From a virus (Duplodnaviria; Caudoviricetes): DNA of 64,000 bases. The first letter of the stretch is position 1; every line of letters begins with the position of its first letter. This document shows, piece after piece, positions 61,601 through 64,000 of this stretch. The notes beneath the pieces were generated by a model. It made no database searches and was not told the origin of the DNA. It worked only from the letters and a program-made list of their open reading frames with translations. The stretch spans positions 91,302 to 155,301 of IMG/VR virus record IMGVR_UViG_3300029928_000002; one strand, given 5' to 3'. A program made the translations under genes and the position numbers.

Positions 61601-63334
61601 ATGATAGAATACAAAACAATTATCGGTGGAGATCATCGATATTTAAGTGAATTAACGGAGTTTAAGAATGGACTTCCAGATGGTGTAATTAATAAAGTAA
61701 AAACTGATGTAGGAGGCACTTATATTGCAGCTAATTGTGATAAGAACTATATAATAGTATGCCCCTATAGAGACCTTGTAAATAGTATTTATGAGGACGC
61801 AAATAATAAATATAATATCTTTAAATGTTATACAGGTATTTATAAAAGTGATTTTGTAAAATATTGTAAAAATAATAAGATAAAGAAGATAGCAGTTACT
61901 TATGATTCTTTAGAAAGTAAATTACTTAAATGGTTAAATAATACTACTGAAGAATGGTATGTTGTTATTGATGAATATCATACAATTTTAAGTGATATGG
62001 ATTATAGAGAAAATGCTATTAATAGATTAATGTCAGTTCTAAGCAAATTTAAACACCTATCATTATTATCTGCTACTCCTATTAATGCTACATTTGAACC
62101 TAAATGTATTGCTAAACTTCCTCATTATAGAGTAGAATGGAATAATATGGAGAAAGTAGAAGTAATTAGATTTAAAACTAGTAACATACATTATGGACTG
62201 TGTAAATTAATAAATTTATTTCTTACTACAGGTTTATTTGTAGGAGATGTTAGAGTAGAACAATTATTTATATTCTTTAATTCTGTAACTGGGATAAAAG
62301 AAATTCTTGAAGAATTAGATTTAGATCCAGATTTAGTAAAAATATCATGTGCTTCTAAAATAGATAACAAAAGAAAACTTGGTGATACTTATCAGATAGA
62401 ATCTACTACTGCTCCTAATAAAGCCATTAATTTCTTTACTAAGAAAGGATTTCAAGGATGCAATCTATTTACTAATAATGGATTAATTATAGTAGTTTCT
62501 GATAGTACTAAGGAATCTTCTGTAATAGATATAAGTACTGCATTGGAACAAATATCTGGAAGAATTAGAGATAATAAAGAATATCATAACATCTTTAGAA
62601 ATAAAATATTACACTTCTATAATACTAATAGTAAATTATTATCAGATGATGAATTTAATGACTTAATGGCTATTAAGGATAAAGAAGGGCAAATATTAAT
62701 AGATGGATTTAAACAGTTATCTGCTGACGCTCAACAGATTTACAGTGCCAGATTAAATCTTAATAATGATGTAGTTTCTATTATTAATAATAAAATGGTG
62801 TATAATGAATTAAAAAGAAACTCCTTTATTTACAAGCAAGAATTAAAGAAACAGTACAAAGATGGATTTACTGTTGCAGCTTCTTATAATTCTAAGAAAT
62901 TTACTCCTATTAAACAAGAATATTGGAACAATCTTTATAAAAAAGTAAATAAACTTATATCTAAGAATTATAAAGAATCTTTAATAGAATATTTAAGTAA
63001 TAAAGATGAATCTGATTTAAAAGAACATCCAGAATTTGAAGAATATACTAGATACTTATCAACTAAAGAAATGAGTAGTTTACAATATAGTAAAAGTAAA
63101 TTGACTAAGGCTGTAGAAAATAAGAAGAAGTTATAGGCCGCTTTTTATACTTTACATTTATCTAAAGGATTTATTAGTAGTAAAGACCTAAAATTCAAAC
63201 TAAATAAAGTATTTAAATCTTTGGGCATTACTTTAACTCCTAAGGCTTCTTTAATAGAAAATTCTATTTATAAAGTAAAGAAGAAAATACCTAGAATTAA
63301 TGGAAGGTCTGTAACTGGATATGAAATACTATAA
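61601..63334 (+). CDS. SF2-helicase-like putative origin-binding protein, 577 aa with one in-frame TAG at 63134-63136
   Basis: Degenerate Walker A TDVGGT, IDEYH, LSATP and QISGRIR motifs; frame continues past TAG to TAA just before a terminator. Confidence 0.75.
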
Positions 63335-63340
63335 TATAAT

Positions 63341-63378
63341 AAAAGGCGGTAATAGAACTTAATCTATTATCGCCTTTA
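63341..63378. terminator. Intrinsic terminator
   Basis: aaaggcggtaataga/tctattatcgccttt stem. Confidence 0.8.
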
Positions 63379-63797
63379 CTTATTTGTTTTTACTATTTTT
63401 TCCATGGTAAACGATTTTTTTAATTTTTTGTTATACAAAATATATAATCTAGAATAGCTTATTAGTATCTCTGATATGCTAAAAAATCAGTTACCGAATT
63501 TTTTTTTTATACGGGTAACCGATTTGCGCATGGTAGGTAACTACTTTATATTCACCAATATAGATTATTTATTTTATATAATACAAATTTTTTTTAATTT
63601 AAATCGGATACACAATGTAAAAGATAATTTTATTAAATTTATAGATAGAGAAGTTGTGAATAAAGAATCAGAAATACAGTAAAAGATACCATACAGTGTA
63701 CTCGTCTGATGTGATAGGCAAAATCCTCCGAAGGAGATTTTGTTTAAGTATAGGTACACATATAGTCGTTATTTATAGCTGCTTAATATAGTTAGTA

Positions 63798-63946
63798 TAA
63801 AATTTTGCGGTTCACAGAATTATGCATCTGTTTAAAAATTTTAAAAAATGCTATCTGGAAAAAATTTTAGAGTATCAGAAGCGTTCTTCTGGCACATTTC
63901 TGGATATACAAAATTTTGCGGTAAATACATAAAATTTTGCGGTTCG
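63798..63946 (+). repeat. Three AAAATTTTGCGGT direct repeats
   Basis: Copies near 63799, 63910 and 63931; variants near 60998 and 61493. Confidence 0.7.
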
Positions 63947-64000
63947 ATTCTACTAGATAATACAAAGAGTTCTTTAGATATAATTATACTATTTTTTAAA

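Noticed and set aside
63476-63759. Short ORFs on both strands near the window end
   Set aside because: Low-complexity, mutually overlapping, within a repeat- and hairpin-rich non-coding stretch.

Overview
AT-rich lytic phage genome segment with the gene content and layout of a crAss-like phage (Crassvirales) of a Bacteroidales host. It uses two genetic codes. At 1-8044 (+) the fragmented ORF track collapses into three large in-frame genes when TAG is read as sense, almost certainly Gln; these resemble the giant virion cargo/RNA-polymerase-block proteins (zincin HExxH and PD-(D/E)xK motifs). From 8155 to about 60700 (-) lies a mostly standard-code early/replication block: PolA, ligase, primase, DnaB-like, SF1 and SF2 helicases, NrdDG, ThyX, dUTPase, GMP reductase/IMPDH, a sigma factor, RNase H, a PI-PLC, OmpA and four tRNAs. 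Features missed by the ORF track include a 340-nt group I intron splitting the Walker A motif of the SF2 helicase, and a two-gene TAG-recoded cell-wall-hydrolase island (53399-54924) inside the standard-code block. Also missed are a single TAG gating the C-terminal 66 aa of the origin-adjacent helicase-like protein, three candidate structured ncRNAs and a tRNA-like minihelix. 60700-61600 is a divergent non-coding region that looks like an origin or terminus. No amber-suppressor tRNA is visible in this window. All calls are by-eye motif recognition; no searches were run.
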